Positions 38,825 through 51,885 of a stretch of DNA of 64,000 bases are shown piece by piece. Position 1 is the stretch's first letter; every line of letters begins with the position of its first letter. The position numbers and the translations under genes were made by a program. Origin of the DNA: Pristiophorus japonicus (Eukaryota); contig NC_091980.1 of NCBI RefSeq assembly GCF_044704955.1, positions 129,766,001 to 129,830,000 of the forward strand. Direction: 5' to 3'. Under the pieces are notes generated by a model that saw nothing but the letters and a program-made list of their open reading frames with translations, did not search any database and was not told the origin of the DNA.

Positions 38825-41800
38825 TGTAGGGTGTTTGTTTTGTTCACTCTGCTCTGATTCTTAGACCTCAGAACTTATAGTGGGAAAGGACAGCACGTGC
38901 ACAACATTTTAGGCTTAACCCAGTGTTTTTTTTAATACGCAACAAAAACCGACTAAAAACTACAGGACTAGACTGCCCGAGAGAAATTGACCTAAGACAT
39001 ACAATCGCCAGCCCTGGCTGTAGCTATTGTAGTTTTGTGGTTCTTATTCTGGCCGTTAACTGCAGCTTCTGTTCCTTTCCTTCCGTGCCTACGTGCTGTT
39101 TCTTCTTGTGTTCTTCCTCCTGCTTCTGTTTAGCTGTTGCTTCGTATATTTATATCCAGGTTTTGAATAAGTTTCCTGCTGTGACGAAATTGGATTATTG
39201 ATCCATTTAACTGGTTGGTGATGAAGTTCAATGGTTCCTAATTTGCATGTGGAATTGACAATGCAAAAGATATTTCCTTATGCTGAAAGCTGTTAGCCCA
39301 AAATTTGTGGGGATTGTTTGTTGTTACAGACTCGATGTCTCCAGTGGCTGTTTTCCCCACCCTGGTCAATCAAGTTCAGGGCCTCACGTAACAACTCCAT
39401 TGTTGTTATGCATGAAGTCAGTTTTGGTTCCTGACTACAGGATGTCCTTAATTGTCCAGTTTAATTCCAAAGTTTGTATCAATCAATTTTTAGTTCATGG
39501 TCTGTATTTTTCTGAAGATTAGTAACCTTACAATATCCCTACTTTTAATGTCTCTTATAATAAACTCAGACATTATTCTGGGTGGCGTCCTCTTTTTCCA
39601 CACACGTTTTGGATGATTGCAGCCTTTGTCAAATCTCCCCATTACATTTCTTTTTACACACAAAACCCAATGTTTTTACAATACAACAGTGTTTCTTACA
39701 ACAAAACCATGTTTGGTCTTATTCTGATTTTGGTTTATACAATTTTTTACAAACACTTCAGACTGGGTTTACTTTAATAAACCTTCCCGATTTCCTTTCC
39801 TCATCCTTTTCTTTAATATATAAGACAAGTAGATACAACACTATTATCAATTGTACAACTACTAATGAGTGTGATACGATTCGAACCCAGGGGGGATTTC
39901 AATATTGAGTCCCAGATCCCATCATGGAGGGCCATCCTTTCCTCGATTTTCCCCCTTACTTTATCATTCTCCTGGAGTAACGTGTAATGTTTGTGAGACA
40001 GCTCGATTTTCTTTAATAGTTCAGTCAGATGTTCGGGTAACAGCGGAATATCTTTTCCAAAACGTGATATGTATTCCTGGAGGTTCAGTAAAGTACCGGT
40101 GTGATACTTATGTGTTTGTGGTCTGAAATAGGAATTATCCTTTCTTGTGCTACTTGTGTTTCTACCTGGGGTTTGAAACAAAAAGTAGAATCCCTCATTG
40201 GGCACCAAGTGTCCTGGTGTATTCTATACCGACTTTCCCTGGTGGTGACACAGTATGTACTGTTTCCCTTATACGCAACCTGTGGCAGAACATGGTTGTG
40301 AGTCGTCACTTCCATGATACGGCTTATAGGCTGCCCGTCCTCGTACTTGAACCCACATACCGGCCGGTCGAAAGGATTCAGATGATTGGGGCACAATATC
40401 ACAAGTGTACCCCTTCTCTGGCATCCCTCCAGATTAGCACTGGTTATTGAGTCTCCCAATTTTGCCAAATACTGCGGGGTTTTATGATGTTTCACATGTA
40501 TCCCATTCCGAATTACCCCAATTTTTCTACCCGGTATACCGGTACGGGTTGTTGGGATATCTCCCCGATATCCCAATCCTTTAATGATAATGGCCATCCA
40601 CAAGCTTATCCACAATGTCCACCTCATCTCATATTCCTGGCTCGATTCGCTCCTATTAAGACAAAAAAAGAAAGAAAATTATTTTGCTCTGTGGGGCCTC
40701 CTCCTCACAGGTCCTTCTTCAGTTATTCACCTCTTTACAGAACATCTTTTTACGATCACTGATTCCTTTTTCCTTTGTATCCTTAACTCAATTTAGCTAA
40801 ATCAATTTTAATTTCACGAACCCCTATGTCCAGCCTTTGTGATTTAACCTTACTGGAGTTCACACAGCACTGCCCCATAAATGTTCAAGTTCAGTAACAC
40901 CTTGAGGTCATTTCCATATTAAAGGACCTCTCTCGGTAATTGCCTGATTGAAAGAAAAGAAAAAGAACATCCATTGTGGCTTTTCCTGTCAGCCCAATGG
41001 GTTCATTCATCAATTCTGATCCCCTTTCTGTTACTTTGGGAAACCATCACTCAAATTCCAAACTTAAAATTTTCTTAAAAATGTTATAAATGCACAGAAT
41101 ATTTATTCGATTCTTAACAAGGTGTTGCTTTCTGAAGTCTTGTACAGAGTGTTACCTTTTTTGCATTTTAAAACTTCGATAAACATGCATACTAATGCAA
41201 GGTACCACACATACCAATAGCTTACACAGTACAATGGTTCTCTCTTTCATGCATAATAGCAGTACACACCCTTTTCTCCACTGGTCACACATCCTTAAAT
41301 CGGTCAGAAATTTTTTATTTTTAAAATACCAAATATATGTGATTGCCCCATGTCCGGAACTAGAGGTTTTTCACACAATTTAAACCAACCAGAATTCCAC
41401 TATGACCGTCATAAAAGTCTGGTGTTTAACAGGTTAATTAACCTCAATAACTCCTAATAGTTCAAACCAATTTCAAACTAACCAGTGCCAGTTGAAAAAA
41501 AAACTATACAGACACACACACTTAAAGACAAGCTAAAAACCATCCACATGCTTTTAACTTAACCATTCACACTGAAACATCAGAGGTTTTTAGTCCAGCT
41601 TTTCTCCACCCATGCCCCTAACCTGCTGTAATGCGGCCACTAACATCTGTCATCATCTTCATCATCATAGGCAGTCTCTCGGAATCAAGGAAGACTTGCT
41701 TCCACTCCTAAAGTGAGTTATTTGGTGGCTGAACAGTCCAATACGGGACCAAAAAGACCTTGTCACAGATGGGACAGACATTCGGTTGGAGGAAGAGTTG

Positions 41801-42960
41801 GGTGGGACTGATTTACCACACGCTCCTTCCGCTGGCTGCGCCTGACCTCTTCACGCTCTCAGCGTTGAGATTTGAAGAGCTCAACGCCCTCCCGGATGCA
41901 CTTTCTCCACCTAGGGCAGTCTTCGGCCAGGGACTCCCAGGTGTCAGTGGTGATGTTTCACTTCAACAGGGAGGCTTTCAGGGTGTTCTTGTAACGTTTC
42001 CGCTGCCCACCTTTGGCTTGTTTGCAGTGAAGGAGCTCCGCATAGAGCAATTGCTTAGGGAGTCTCGTGTCTGGCATGCAAACTATGTGGCCTGCCCAGC
42101 GAAGCTGATCAAGCGTGGTCAGTGCTTCGATGCTGGGGATGTTAGCCTGGACGAGGACACTGATGTTGGTGCGCCTGTCCTCCCAGGGGATTTTCAGGAT
42201 CTTGCGGAGACATCATTGGTGAGAGATCTCCAGTCTCTTGAGGTGAATCTGTACTGGGTGGTCGGCTGCCTTCCTGTGGCTGCGTTTTGCCTCAGCACCC
42301 TTGTAACCTGGCTTCCCTCCTTTCGGGAGCCTACAATCCCTGCTCCAGTGTCCCAACTTCCCACAGTTATAACACTCTTGGACTGCTGCTTTTTGCACTT
42401 GGTCACCTGGCATTGTAAATACTCTAAGTAATTCCGTGTCCTTTCTTCATTCCTACCCTGGTCCTGCCTTTCTTTCTCAGAACTAGCTACCTCATCTTTT
42501 AATCTTTTATCCTCCTCCTCCTGCTTTTCTACCTTTTCTCTTAACAGATGTGCCTACATGAGCCAAACCGTCTTCTCTTTTGACCCTTTGTGGTGGCTAC
42601 TGACTGTCCACTCTGCCGCTTTTTCCTGTGGATTCCCAGTGCAGCATTTCCTATTCCCATGGCTCTGAAATGTCCAATTTGTTGCATATATATGCAGCTA
42701 CCTTAGCCTCCATGGACTTTCTACGACTGCTCTTAGCCGCGGGCTCTACCACGTTTTGCTGCGGTGAGTCCATTTCCAGTTCCTCTGGCTGAGAAATTCT
42801 CCCTGACTACCTTGGTCTCCCCTGAGACCACCTCGCAGTGACCTGTGGTTCCTGTTACTCAGGCTTCTCTCTTTGGCTACCTTACTCCGGTCAGTCAAAG
42901 TATGTTTCTCTCCTGGTCCCCTAGTTGCCTTTGAGATCACCCTGAGACCCCTGTTTGCAG
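38825..42960 (-). mobile_element. Endogenous retrovirus-like remnant: 3' LTR, PPT, env-like region and gag zinc knuckle
   Basis: LTR 38825-39532 (TGTAGG...CCTTACA) preceded on the minus strand by PPT AAAAGTAGGGATAT; Cys-rich ORF 40085..40627, heptad-like ORF 39813..40208 and a frameshifted hydrophobic stretch WVRIVSHSLVVVQLIIVLYLLVLYIK; CCHC knuckle CYNCGKLGHWSRDC in ORF 42213..42413. Confidence 0.7.
41650..42245 (-). mobile_element. RTE LINE 3' portion nested in the ERV-like element
   Basis: catcatcatcataggcagtc tail at ~41651-41677; reverse complement matches the family at 1-285. Confidence 0.8.
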
Positions 42961-43480
42961 AAACATAGAAACATAGAAACATAGAAAGTAGGTGCAGGAG
43001 TAGGTCATTCGGCCCTTCGAGCCTGCACCACCATTCAATATGATCATGGCTGATCATGCAACTTCAGTGCCCCATTCCTGCTTTCTCTCCATACCCCTTG
43101 ATCCCTTTAGCCATAAGGGCCACATCTAACTCCTTTTTGAATATATCGAATGAACTGGCCTCAACAACTTTCTGTGGTAGAGAATTCCACAGGTTCACAA
43201 TTCTCTGAGTGAAGAAGTTTCTCCTTATCTCAGTCCTAAATGGCTTACCACTTATCCTTAGACTGTGACCCCCTGATTCTGGACTTCTCCAACATCATGA
43301 ACGTTCTTCCTGCATCTAACCTGTCCAATGCTGTCAGAATTTTATATGTTTCTATAAGATCCCCTCTCATTCTTTTAAATTCCAGTGAATATAAGCCCAG
43401 TTGATCCAGTCTTTCTTCATATGTCAGTCCTGCCATCCCGGGAATCACTCTGGTGAACCTTCGCTGCACTCCCTCAATAT
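42960..43480 (-). mobile_element. CR1 3' end with (CATAGAAA)n tail
   Basis: aaacatagaaacatagaaacatagaaa; minus ORF IEGVQRRFTRVIPGMAGLTYEERLDQLGLYSLEFKRMRGDLIETYKIL. Confidence 0.9.
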
Positions 43481-46039
43481 ATTGCAAATGTAGAAGATTT
43501 GTTCACAACAGTGACAGGTGGTCAGATCTTCTCAAAGTTAGATCTCAAAAATGCCCACTTACAACTGGAGCTAGATGAGGAGGCCAAGTCATGTTTGACT
43601 CTAAGTACTCATCTAGGCCTGTATCAATTTAATAGGCTACTATTTGGATTGTCTTCCACCCCTGCCATTTCCAAGGAGTGATGAACAAGATTTTGCAAGG
43701 TATTGAAGGGGTAGTATGTTATTTAGATGACATATTAATTCCAGCAACTAACAGGCAAATCCATACTAACGTATTGAATGAAGTGCTCAACTGGTTAGAG
43801 AAGCACAGAGTATGAGTGACTGCTCGCAAGTGTGTTATTTCAAAGCTCAGTGGAGTACTTACGGCACAGAACAGACAAAGATGGGTTACATCCAACCAAG
43901 GCAAAGGTGGATGCAATTAGAAATGCTCCCCTCCCAAGAATGTCACTGAACTTCGATCATTTTTGCGTCTTTTGAACTATTATGAGAAGTTCCTCACAAA
44001 TTGGGCTATGATGTTACATCCACTGAATGAACTGTTGAAGAAACAGGTCCAGTGGAAGTGGTCAGAAGAATGCGATACAGCATTCAAGGAGTGTAAAAAC
44101 CAGTTGATAGGGAGCTCCCTGTTTGTTCACTATAACGTATCTAAAGAGATCAAGTTAGCGTGTGACGCCTCTCTGTATGGAGTTGGGACAGTGATCTCTC
44201 ATGTACTACATAGTGGGGAGGAGAAACCAAATGATTTTGCTTCACGTAGTCTCAGTGCCAGTGAGCGTAATAATGTGCAACTTGAATGGGAAGTTTTGGC
44301 ATTAATTTTTGGGGTGAAGAAGTTCCACAAATACCTGTATGGTCTTAAGTTTAGCATCATTATGGACCATAAGCCCCTGACAGCAATCCTCCATCCAAAA
44401 TCCTCCATTGCAACCTTAGCTGTAGCCTGAATGCAGAGATGGGCTTTGATTCTGTCAGCATAAACATATGACATTGAGTACAGATGATCAGCTGATCACA
44501 GTAATGCTGATGCTATGTCCAGTTTGCCATCACCATCACAAGTTGCACCCAATAGGGAAGAAGTGTTGTATTTTTCATATATTGATGAACTGGCAATCAC
44601 AGCTGAAGAGATTGGTAGAGCAACCAAACATAATCCAGTTGTGTCAATGGTGTATGGTTACATTGCAAATAGCTGGCCAAACCATATATCAGAGAAAGAC
44701 ATTCATCCATACTTTGTTTGTCGGAATGAATTATCAGTGGATAAAGAGTGTATCATGTGGGGTGCAATTTGGTTATACCAAATAAATTCAGGTCCAAAAT
44801 TATTAGGAGATCGTCATACCCCCAGCACTTGGGAATATTCTTGACCAAGATTTTTGCATACAATTACTTATGGTGGCCAGGTCTAGATAAAGATATAGAG
44901 TACATCATTAGTCAGTGTACAATATGTCAATCGGTAAGCAAGAAACCACCATCAGTACCATTACAGCCATGGAAATGACCTCCCAGGTTGTGGCATATTG
45001 ATTTTGCTGAGCTAGAAGGACAGTAATTGTTCATTGTGATTGATAGCCATTCAAAGTAAAACACGAGATAATTTGCGAAGATTACTTTCTTCATTTGGCC
45101 TCCCAGAAGAAATTGGTCACAATTTTGTTCAAAAGAATTTGCACAGTTCACGAGCAAAAGTTTTGTGAAACATACCAAAGTTCCACCATACCACCCTGCT
45201 TCAAATGGTGCAGCAGAGGGCACTGTACAAATTGAAAACATGCCCTTATCAAACAAAAGTTGGATCCAAATCCAAAGAAACAACATTTGTCATTGGACCA
45301 CAAATTGGCTAATTTTCTAATTACGTATCGTAATACTCCTAGTACAGCTACTTGTAGAACACCAGCAGAGTTTTTCTCAAACAACAGCTATGAACTAGGT
45401 CCTCGTTTTTGAAGGCAAACTTGGCACAGTCCGTAGAAGAGAAACAATTAAGACAAAAAGAGAATCATGATAGAGGTAGAGTAAAAGAGAGAAGGGTGAA
45501 ATTAAATCAGAATGTTAAAGTGAAGAACCATCATCATAAATGGTTATAGTGGTTACCGGGAAGAATGGTAAAGCTATGTGATCCTCGCACATATTTGGTC
45601 AAGATGTTTGATTATGGACAGGTTATGTTTGTTCATATTGATCATATGTTACTTACAGATAGGGAAGAAGTTGGAATGATTTGATTATTTCTGACTCATC
45701 AGTTAGTCTATTACAAGTACAGTACCAGTAGCATATCCTACATCAAATGTACTAGAAACGAATCCAAGAAAAGTCAGAATTTAAATCCGAGTCCGAGACA
45801 GGCAGACAAACAGCCTGAAGTTGTAGAGAGTTCAAATGTAGATCAAGGGCATTCCTTGGAGGAAAAATCTCCTCAGGATCAGATCAGCCTAGAATGAATC
45901 TGTGTTCGACACCGTGTTTGGAAAGTTCGAGAGCGAAGGTAGCCTCTTCGAAACAGAGAACAAGTGGTAAAGTTTGATTAGTAAATATGGCAAAATAAGT
46001 TCATATCTTTTGTTATATATAACCATGCAAGTTATGTAT

Positions 46040-47090
46040 GATATTTCCATGGCTACCACTTTTAGTACTCTGGGATGCAGATTATCAGTCCCTGGGGATT
46101 TATCAGCTTTCAGTCCCATTAATTTCTCCAGCACTATTTTCTTACTAATAATCATTTCCTTTAATTCCTCTTGCTCACTAGACCCTTAGTTCCCTAGCAT
46201 TTCTGGGATGTTATTTGTGTTCTCTTCTGAGAAGACAGAACCAAAGTATTTATTTAATTGTTCTGCCATCTCCTTGTTCCCCATTATAAATTATCCCGTT
46301 TCTGACTAAAGGACCTACATTTGTCTTCACTAATCTTTTTCTTTTTACATGCTTGGAGAAACTTTTACATCGGTTTTTATGTTCCTTGCAAATTTTGTCT
46401 CATATTCTATTTTCCCCCTATTAATCAATCTCTTGGTCCTTTTATGCTGAATTCTAAACTGCTCCCAATCCTCAGGCTTGTTACTTTTTCTGGCAACATT
46501 GTATGACTCTGTTACACTCATAATAAATGGTGAGACTGAGTACTGTGCGTAAAGAACTAGTGTGACCTGAGCTCCTTTAATAAGATTCCAGAGTGCAGGT
46601 ACCTCGTGTGTAGCCTGCTTATATACTGTGCTCTCAAGGGATGCTGGGATGCCTTGGGACTCCAATAGGTGGGCCCTCTGTGGTCAGCTGTAATGCAGGT
46701 TACAAAGGGTTAAATATGTAACAGACTCCTCTTTGGATCTAATACTATCCTTAATTTCTTTTGTAAACCATGGTTGGGCCACTTTTCCTTTTGTGTTTTT
46801 GTGTCAGAAAGGAATGTATAATTGTTGCAATTCATGCATTCGTTCCATAAATGTTAGCCATTGACTGTTCACCTCATGCCTTTTAATCACTCTTCCCAAT
46901 CTGTCATAGCCATTCTTCATACCTTTGTAGTTTCCTTTGTTTAGATTTAGGACTCTAGTTTTGGCTTGGACTACTTCACTTTCCATCTTCATGAAGAATT
47001 CAATCATGTTATGGTCACTCTTCCCTAAAGGACCCCACACAACAAGACTATTATGTAACCCCCTTCTCATTGCACAATACCCAATCTACG
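46040..47090 (-). mobile_element. CR1 LINE fragment (paralog of 6540-7455)
   Basis: LMGLKADKSPGTDNLHPRVLK, GPLGKSDHNMIEF motifs. Confidence 0.8.
46510..46723. mobile_element. Solo LTR (214 bp)
   Basis: TGTTAC...GTAACA termini, TSD GACTC on both sides; absent at the paralogous site near 7075. Confidence 0.85.
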
Positions 47091-47131
47091 ATAGCTATTC
47101 AGACTTGTTGAAGACCTAATTTCAATTCTTC

Positions 47132-47330
47132 GTATACATAATGACTCAAAAGTCTAGTTACTGTAAACTCACTCAGGTGCAACCTGATCCATCTTTATTC
47201 CAGCCCAAGAGAGCCAGGGTGACAAAGACACCCAGCATATATACAGGTGACCAAGCACACATGCATACAGCCCGATGACGTCCGACCGTGGCTCTGGTGT
47301 CTGGTGACCCCCAAACATTAATACATAACA
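47132..47330. mobile_element. Solo-LTR-like insertion
   Basis: Ends atacataaca; absent from the paralogous site near 7500; left terminus unclear. Confidence 0.5.
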
Positions 47331-47689
47331 GTATATCTTGCAAATTCTATTCATGCATTTCAATCTAGTGTTGCAATACTGTAATACAACAGCTGAAAAT
47401 GTTCATGTGTGTTCAGCCACATGAGGCAGTGGGACCACAGGTAGATTTTAGCGTCTTAAAGGAGGCAGAGAGGTTTACATAATAACATGCATATGCCATT
47501 TATCACCTCGAGCCTGCTCTACCATCCAATAAGATCATGGCTGATCTGAACTTGGCCTCAACTCCACTTTCCTGCCTGTTCCCCATAACCCTTGACTCCA
47601 CTATCTTTCAAATAGCTATCTATCTATCTCCACCTTAAATGTATTCAATGACCCTGCTTCCACACACACACACACACGCACACAAACTC

Positions 47690-48095
47690 ATACAGTACTG
47701 AGAGAGTGCTGCACTCTCAGACAGGCAGTATTGAGGGAGCGCCGCACTGTGAGAGGAGCAATACTGAGGGATTGCTGCAGTGTCAGAGGGGACAATACTG
47801 ACGGAACGCTGCACTGTCAGAGGGGCAGTACTGAGGGAGCGCTGCACTATCGGAGGTGCCATCTTTCAGATGAGACGCTAGACCGTCTGCTCTCTTAGGT
47901 GGACGTCAAAGATCTCAGGATGCTATTTCGAAGAAGTGCAGAGGGAGATCTCTCTGGTTTCCTTGACAATATCTATCCCTAACCAAAACAGATTCTCTGG
48001 TCATTAACACACTGCTGAACTTGATTGGCTGTAAAGAGCTTTGAGACATCCTGAGGCCGTGAAAGGGCTATGTAAATGGAATTCTTTCTTCTTTC
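47690..48095 (+). mobile_element. Deu-domain SINE with about 5 tandem core units (paralog of 8311-8970)
   Basis: cagtactgagggagcgctgcact units followed by ggtgccatctttcagatgagacg. Confidence 0.7.
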
Positions 48096-48964
48096 TAAGA
48101 GGATAAGCGTTCCCAAGGCTGCCACAATGAAGTTCAGGTGCAAGGAGATATTCGGATGCAAGTCTTTCTTCCTTTTTAGACTGCAGTCCATTTCATTGCT
48201 TGTAAAATGTCATGGTAACATAACAAGAACTCAAAGTCCCATGGTCCGCACCACATTCTAGCTCCTGTGTGTACAGGTGCTCACTAAACTTGGAAGTGAT
48301 GGAGTATCTGAGCACTTGAGCTTGTCACATTCCTCACATACACTGTCCATTCACCTGACCCGCTGTCGGTTGCTTTGCAGACTCACTGCTCTGTCTTTGG
48401 ATGTTGCATCCACAGATACCTGAAAATGACCAACCCACTGAACCATGCAGAACTATTAAAAAGACACTGACTCACAAACAACGGAGGATTCAACTAATCT
48501 GGGCAAGTGGGCCATCAACAAGGCCGGCCAGCGGGCGTTTGAGTTCGTCGTTCGGCCCGACTGCACGCCTCTCTTCCACGGCTACGTTCACAACCGGAGA
48601 TGGAGCACGCGGTGTCCACCGGTACGCTCGCGGCCTTCCGTGAGAGGTGGGCGCCGAAGGGACTGGAGTGCATTATCACCCCTGGAAACCAAATTTTAAT
48701 TTGATTACTGTTGTTTAAAGTTTAATTCGTTTACTGTGCCGGTTTTAGTGGCCCCCCACCCCACACTTTTAGCCAAGGGTCACTTGTATAATTTGTGTTT
48801 CAATGCCCTAAAAAAAAAGGGACACTTGAAAAGTTTTTGGAGTGTGCACCCCCTTTAATCAGGGGGCACTTGATTTTTAATTTCAACAAAGATAGTTGTG
48901 TGCCTTTAAACAGGGGGACCATGCTTGACTTTAAATTGACAGTTGCCGGCAAAAAGAAGGGTCA

Positions 48965-49204
48965 AACAATGATGCTCATTCTTCAAAGTTCATGACTGGC
49001 TCTGGGAGTCATGGCCCCGCCTCCCTTCACTTGATTGGTGCTCTGACAGAGGCTGCAACTTGTGATTGGGTATTGAGGAATGTCACTCACAGCTGGGCGG
49101 TCCCGCCCTGGATTATCCAGCAGTATAAATACAGGAGTTTGGAATTAACTAGTTCCCAGCTTCTTGCTTCAACCAGGCTCAGATTTTTGGAAAAGCAAAT
49201 TAGG
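48965..49204 (+). promoter_or_regulatory. Type-A promoter/5'UTR of g5 (ATTGG x2, GC boxes, TATAAATA 49124-49131, IRE relic 49161-49192)
   Basis: Near-identical to the g2 promoter; TTCTTGCTTCAA-CCAGGC-TCAGA. Confidence 0.7.
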
Positions 49205-49709
49205 ATGGCTTCTCAAGTGTGTCAGCACTACCACAAGGACTGTGAGGCTGCTGTTAACCAGCAGGTCAATATGGAGCTCTGTTCCTCCTATGTTTATCTC
49301 TCCATGGTGAGTCTTATATTTCTGAGCACTTCACAATGGAACCTCTGCAATGTGAATTTACTATATTCTGTGCACCCCTCACTTGATGCACAGTGAATTC
49401 ATTTGTTAAATCTATACTATAATAGAAATGATCACCTTGTGTATTCTTTAACAAACTGCCTCTCTGTTCCATGCAGTACCTGAGCCATATTTGGAGAATC
49501 ATAATGACTTTCTTTCCTGGGCTCTTGTGAGCTTGTAGTTGAAGTTTATTTGGAATACACCCTGCATCCTATCCTCATTTCTAAATCACTCCATGGCCTT
49601 TCCCTACCTTGCTTTTTGCAATGAGGGGAATCAGTCTTCAAATTAGAACCAGACCATTTAGGAGGGAAGTCGGGAAGCAATTTTTCTCATTTGTGGTAGA
49701 CTGGAACAT

Positions 49710-49744
<35 letters not shown>

Positions 49745-50319
49745 CCTGCTTCCCACATTCTACCCACCCAAGGTTGTGATTGCCTGGAAAAGGTTTTAGT
49801 TGGGTAAGGGTATCAAGGAATTAGAATATAACAAATAGGAGTCGGCCATTTGGCTGATCTTCTCCCTCAATGCCACCTTCTGGCACTATCCCCATAGACC
49901 ATAATTTATTTCATTCCCAAAAATCTATTGACCTCTGTCTTGAAAATACTCAACGACTGAGTATCCACAGTCCTCTGGGGTAGAGAATTCCATAAATCAT
50001 CACCCTCTGAGTGAAGAAATTTCAACTCCTCTCAGTCTTTAATGGCCAACACCTTTATTCTCAGACTGTAACCCCCTGGTTCTAGATTTCCCCAGTTAGG
50101 GCAAACATTATTTCTGCATTCACCCTGTCAAGCCCCTTAAGAATTTTGTATAATTAGATTTGCACCTCATTCTACTAAACTCTAGAACATTGGCCCAGTC
50201 TATTCAATCTCTCTACATAGAGCCATCTCCTCATTCCAGCAACAAGTTGAGTGAACCTTTGTTCCACCTCTAAGGCAAGTATGTCCTTTGTTTGGTCAGG
50301 AAACCAGAACTGTACACAG

Positions 50320-51885
50320 GGTATTAAGAGATGGCGGAAGTTATAGCAGATGCATTTGTTATAATCTACCAAAATTCTCTGGACTCTGGGGAGGTACCAT
50401 CGGATTGGAAAGCAGCTAATGCAACGCCTCTGTTTTTTAAAAAAAGGGCAGACAAAAGGCAGATAACTATAGGCCGGTTAGTTTAACATCTGTAGTGGTG
50501 AAAATGCTTTAAGCTATCACCTAAGGAAGAAATAGCGGGACATCTAGATAGGCATAGTGCAATCAAGCAGATGCAACATGGATTCATGAAGGGGAAATCA
50601 TGTTTAACTAATTTACTGGAATTCTTTGAGGATATAAACAAGCATGGTGGATAGAGGTGTACTGATGGATGTGGTGTATTTAGATTTCCAAAAGGCATTC
50701 TATAAGGTGCCACACAAAAGGTTACTGCAGAAGATAAAGGTACGCGGAGTCAGAGGAAGTGTATTAGCATGGATAGAGAATTGGCTGGCGAATAGAAAGC
50801 AGAGAGTCGGGATAAATGGGTCCTTTTCGGATTGGAAATCGGTGGTTAGTGGTGTGCCATAGGATCGGTGCTGGGACCACAACTGTTTACAAATACATAG
50901 ATGACCTGGAAGAGGGGACAGAGGGTAGTGTAACAAAATTTGCAGATGAGACAAAGATTATTGGAAAAGCGGATTGTGTAGAGGACACCGAGAAGCTGCA
51001 AAGAGATTTAGATAGGTTAAGTGAATGGGCTAAGGTTTGGCAGATGGAATGCAATGTTGGAAAATGTGAGGTCATCCACCTTTTGGGGATGAGGGGGGGC
51101 TGGGGAAGAAACAGTAAAAGGAACTATTATTTGAATGGGGAGAAATTACAACATACTGTGGTGCAGAGGGACCTGGGGGTCCTTGTGCATGAATCCCAAA
51201 AAGTTAGTTTGCAGTTGCAGCAGGTTCAGGAAGGCAAATGGAATGTTGGTTTTCATTGCGAGAGGGATGGAGTACAAAAGCAGGGAGGTCCTGCTGCAAA
51301 TGTACAGGGTATTGGTGAGCCTGCACCTGGAGTACTGCCTGCAGTTTTGGTCACCTTACTTAAGGAAGGATATACTAGCTTTGGAGGGGGTACAGAGACG
51401 ATTCAATAGGCTGATTCTGGAGATGAGGGGGTTACCTTATAATGGTAGATTGAGTAGACTGGGTCTTTACTTGTTGGAGTTCAGAAGGATGAGGGGTGAT
51501 CTTATAGAAATATTTAAAATAATGAAAGGGATAGACAAGATAGAGGCAGAGAGGTTGTTTCCACTGGTCGGGGAGACTAGAACTAGGGGGCACGGCCTCA
51601 AAATACGGGTGAGCCAATTTAAAAACTGAGTTGAGAAGGAATTTCTTCTCCCAGAAGGTTGTGAATCTGTGGAATTCTCTGCCCAGGGAAGCAGTTGAGG
51701 CTAGCTCATTGAATGTAATCAAAGCACAGATAGATAGATTTTTAACCAATAAGGGAATTGAGGGTTACAGGGAGCGGGTGGGTAAGTGGAGCTGAGTCCA
51801 CGGCCAGATCAGCCATGATCTTGTTGAATGGCGGAGCAGGCTCGAGGGGCTAGATGGCCTACTCCTGTTCCTAATTCTTATATTA
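50320..51885 (+). mobile_element. Relatively intact CR1 3' half in g5 intron 1
   Basis: ORFs 50644, 50816 and 51135 give VVYLDFQKAF, KFADETK, LQRDLDRLSEWAKVWQM, LEGVQRRF; absent from g2 intron 1 (empty site near 11050). Confidence 0.9.

Larger units (their letters stand above)
36668..46030 (+). mobile_element. Degenerate Gypsy/Ty3 retrotransposon with nested insertions
   Basis: LTR ~36668-36891, PBS tggcgatg 36896, gag MAAPLG...ERLEIFF, protease MEIDTGTS (37981), RT ATPIVIVPKPDGKVR (~38415) resuming at 43484 (FSKLDL, CYLDDI), RNase H LACDASLYGVG, integrase zinc finger (YLWWPGLDKDIE...CTIC). No 3' LTR seen. Confidence 0.85.

Noticed and set aside
48992-49204. 71-codon in-frame N-terminal extension of g5 (and the TTG-initiated extension of g2 at 9863) as a targeting peptide
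   Set aside because: It runs through the CCAAT and TATA boxes, g2 has a TAG at the matching TGG codon, and g1/g4 have no such extension.
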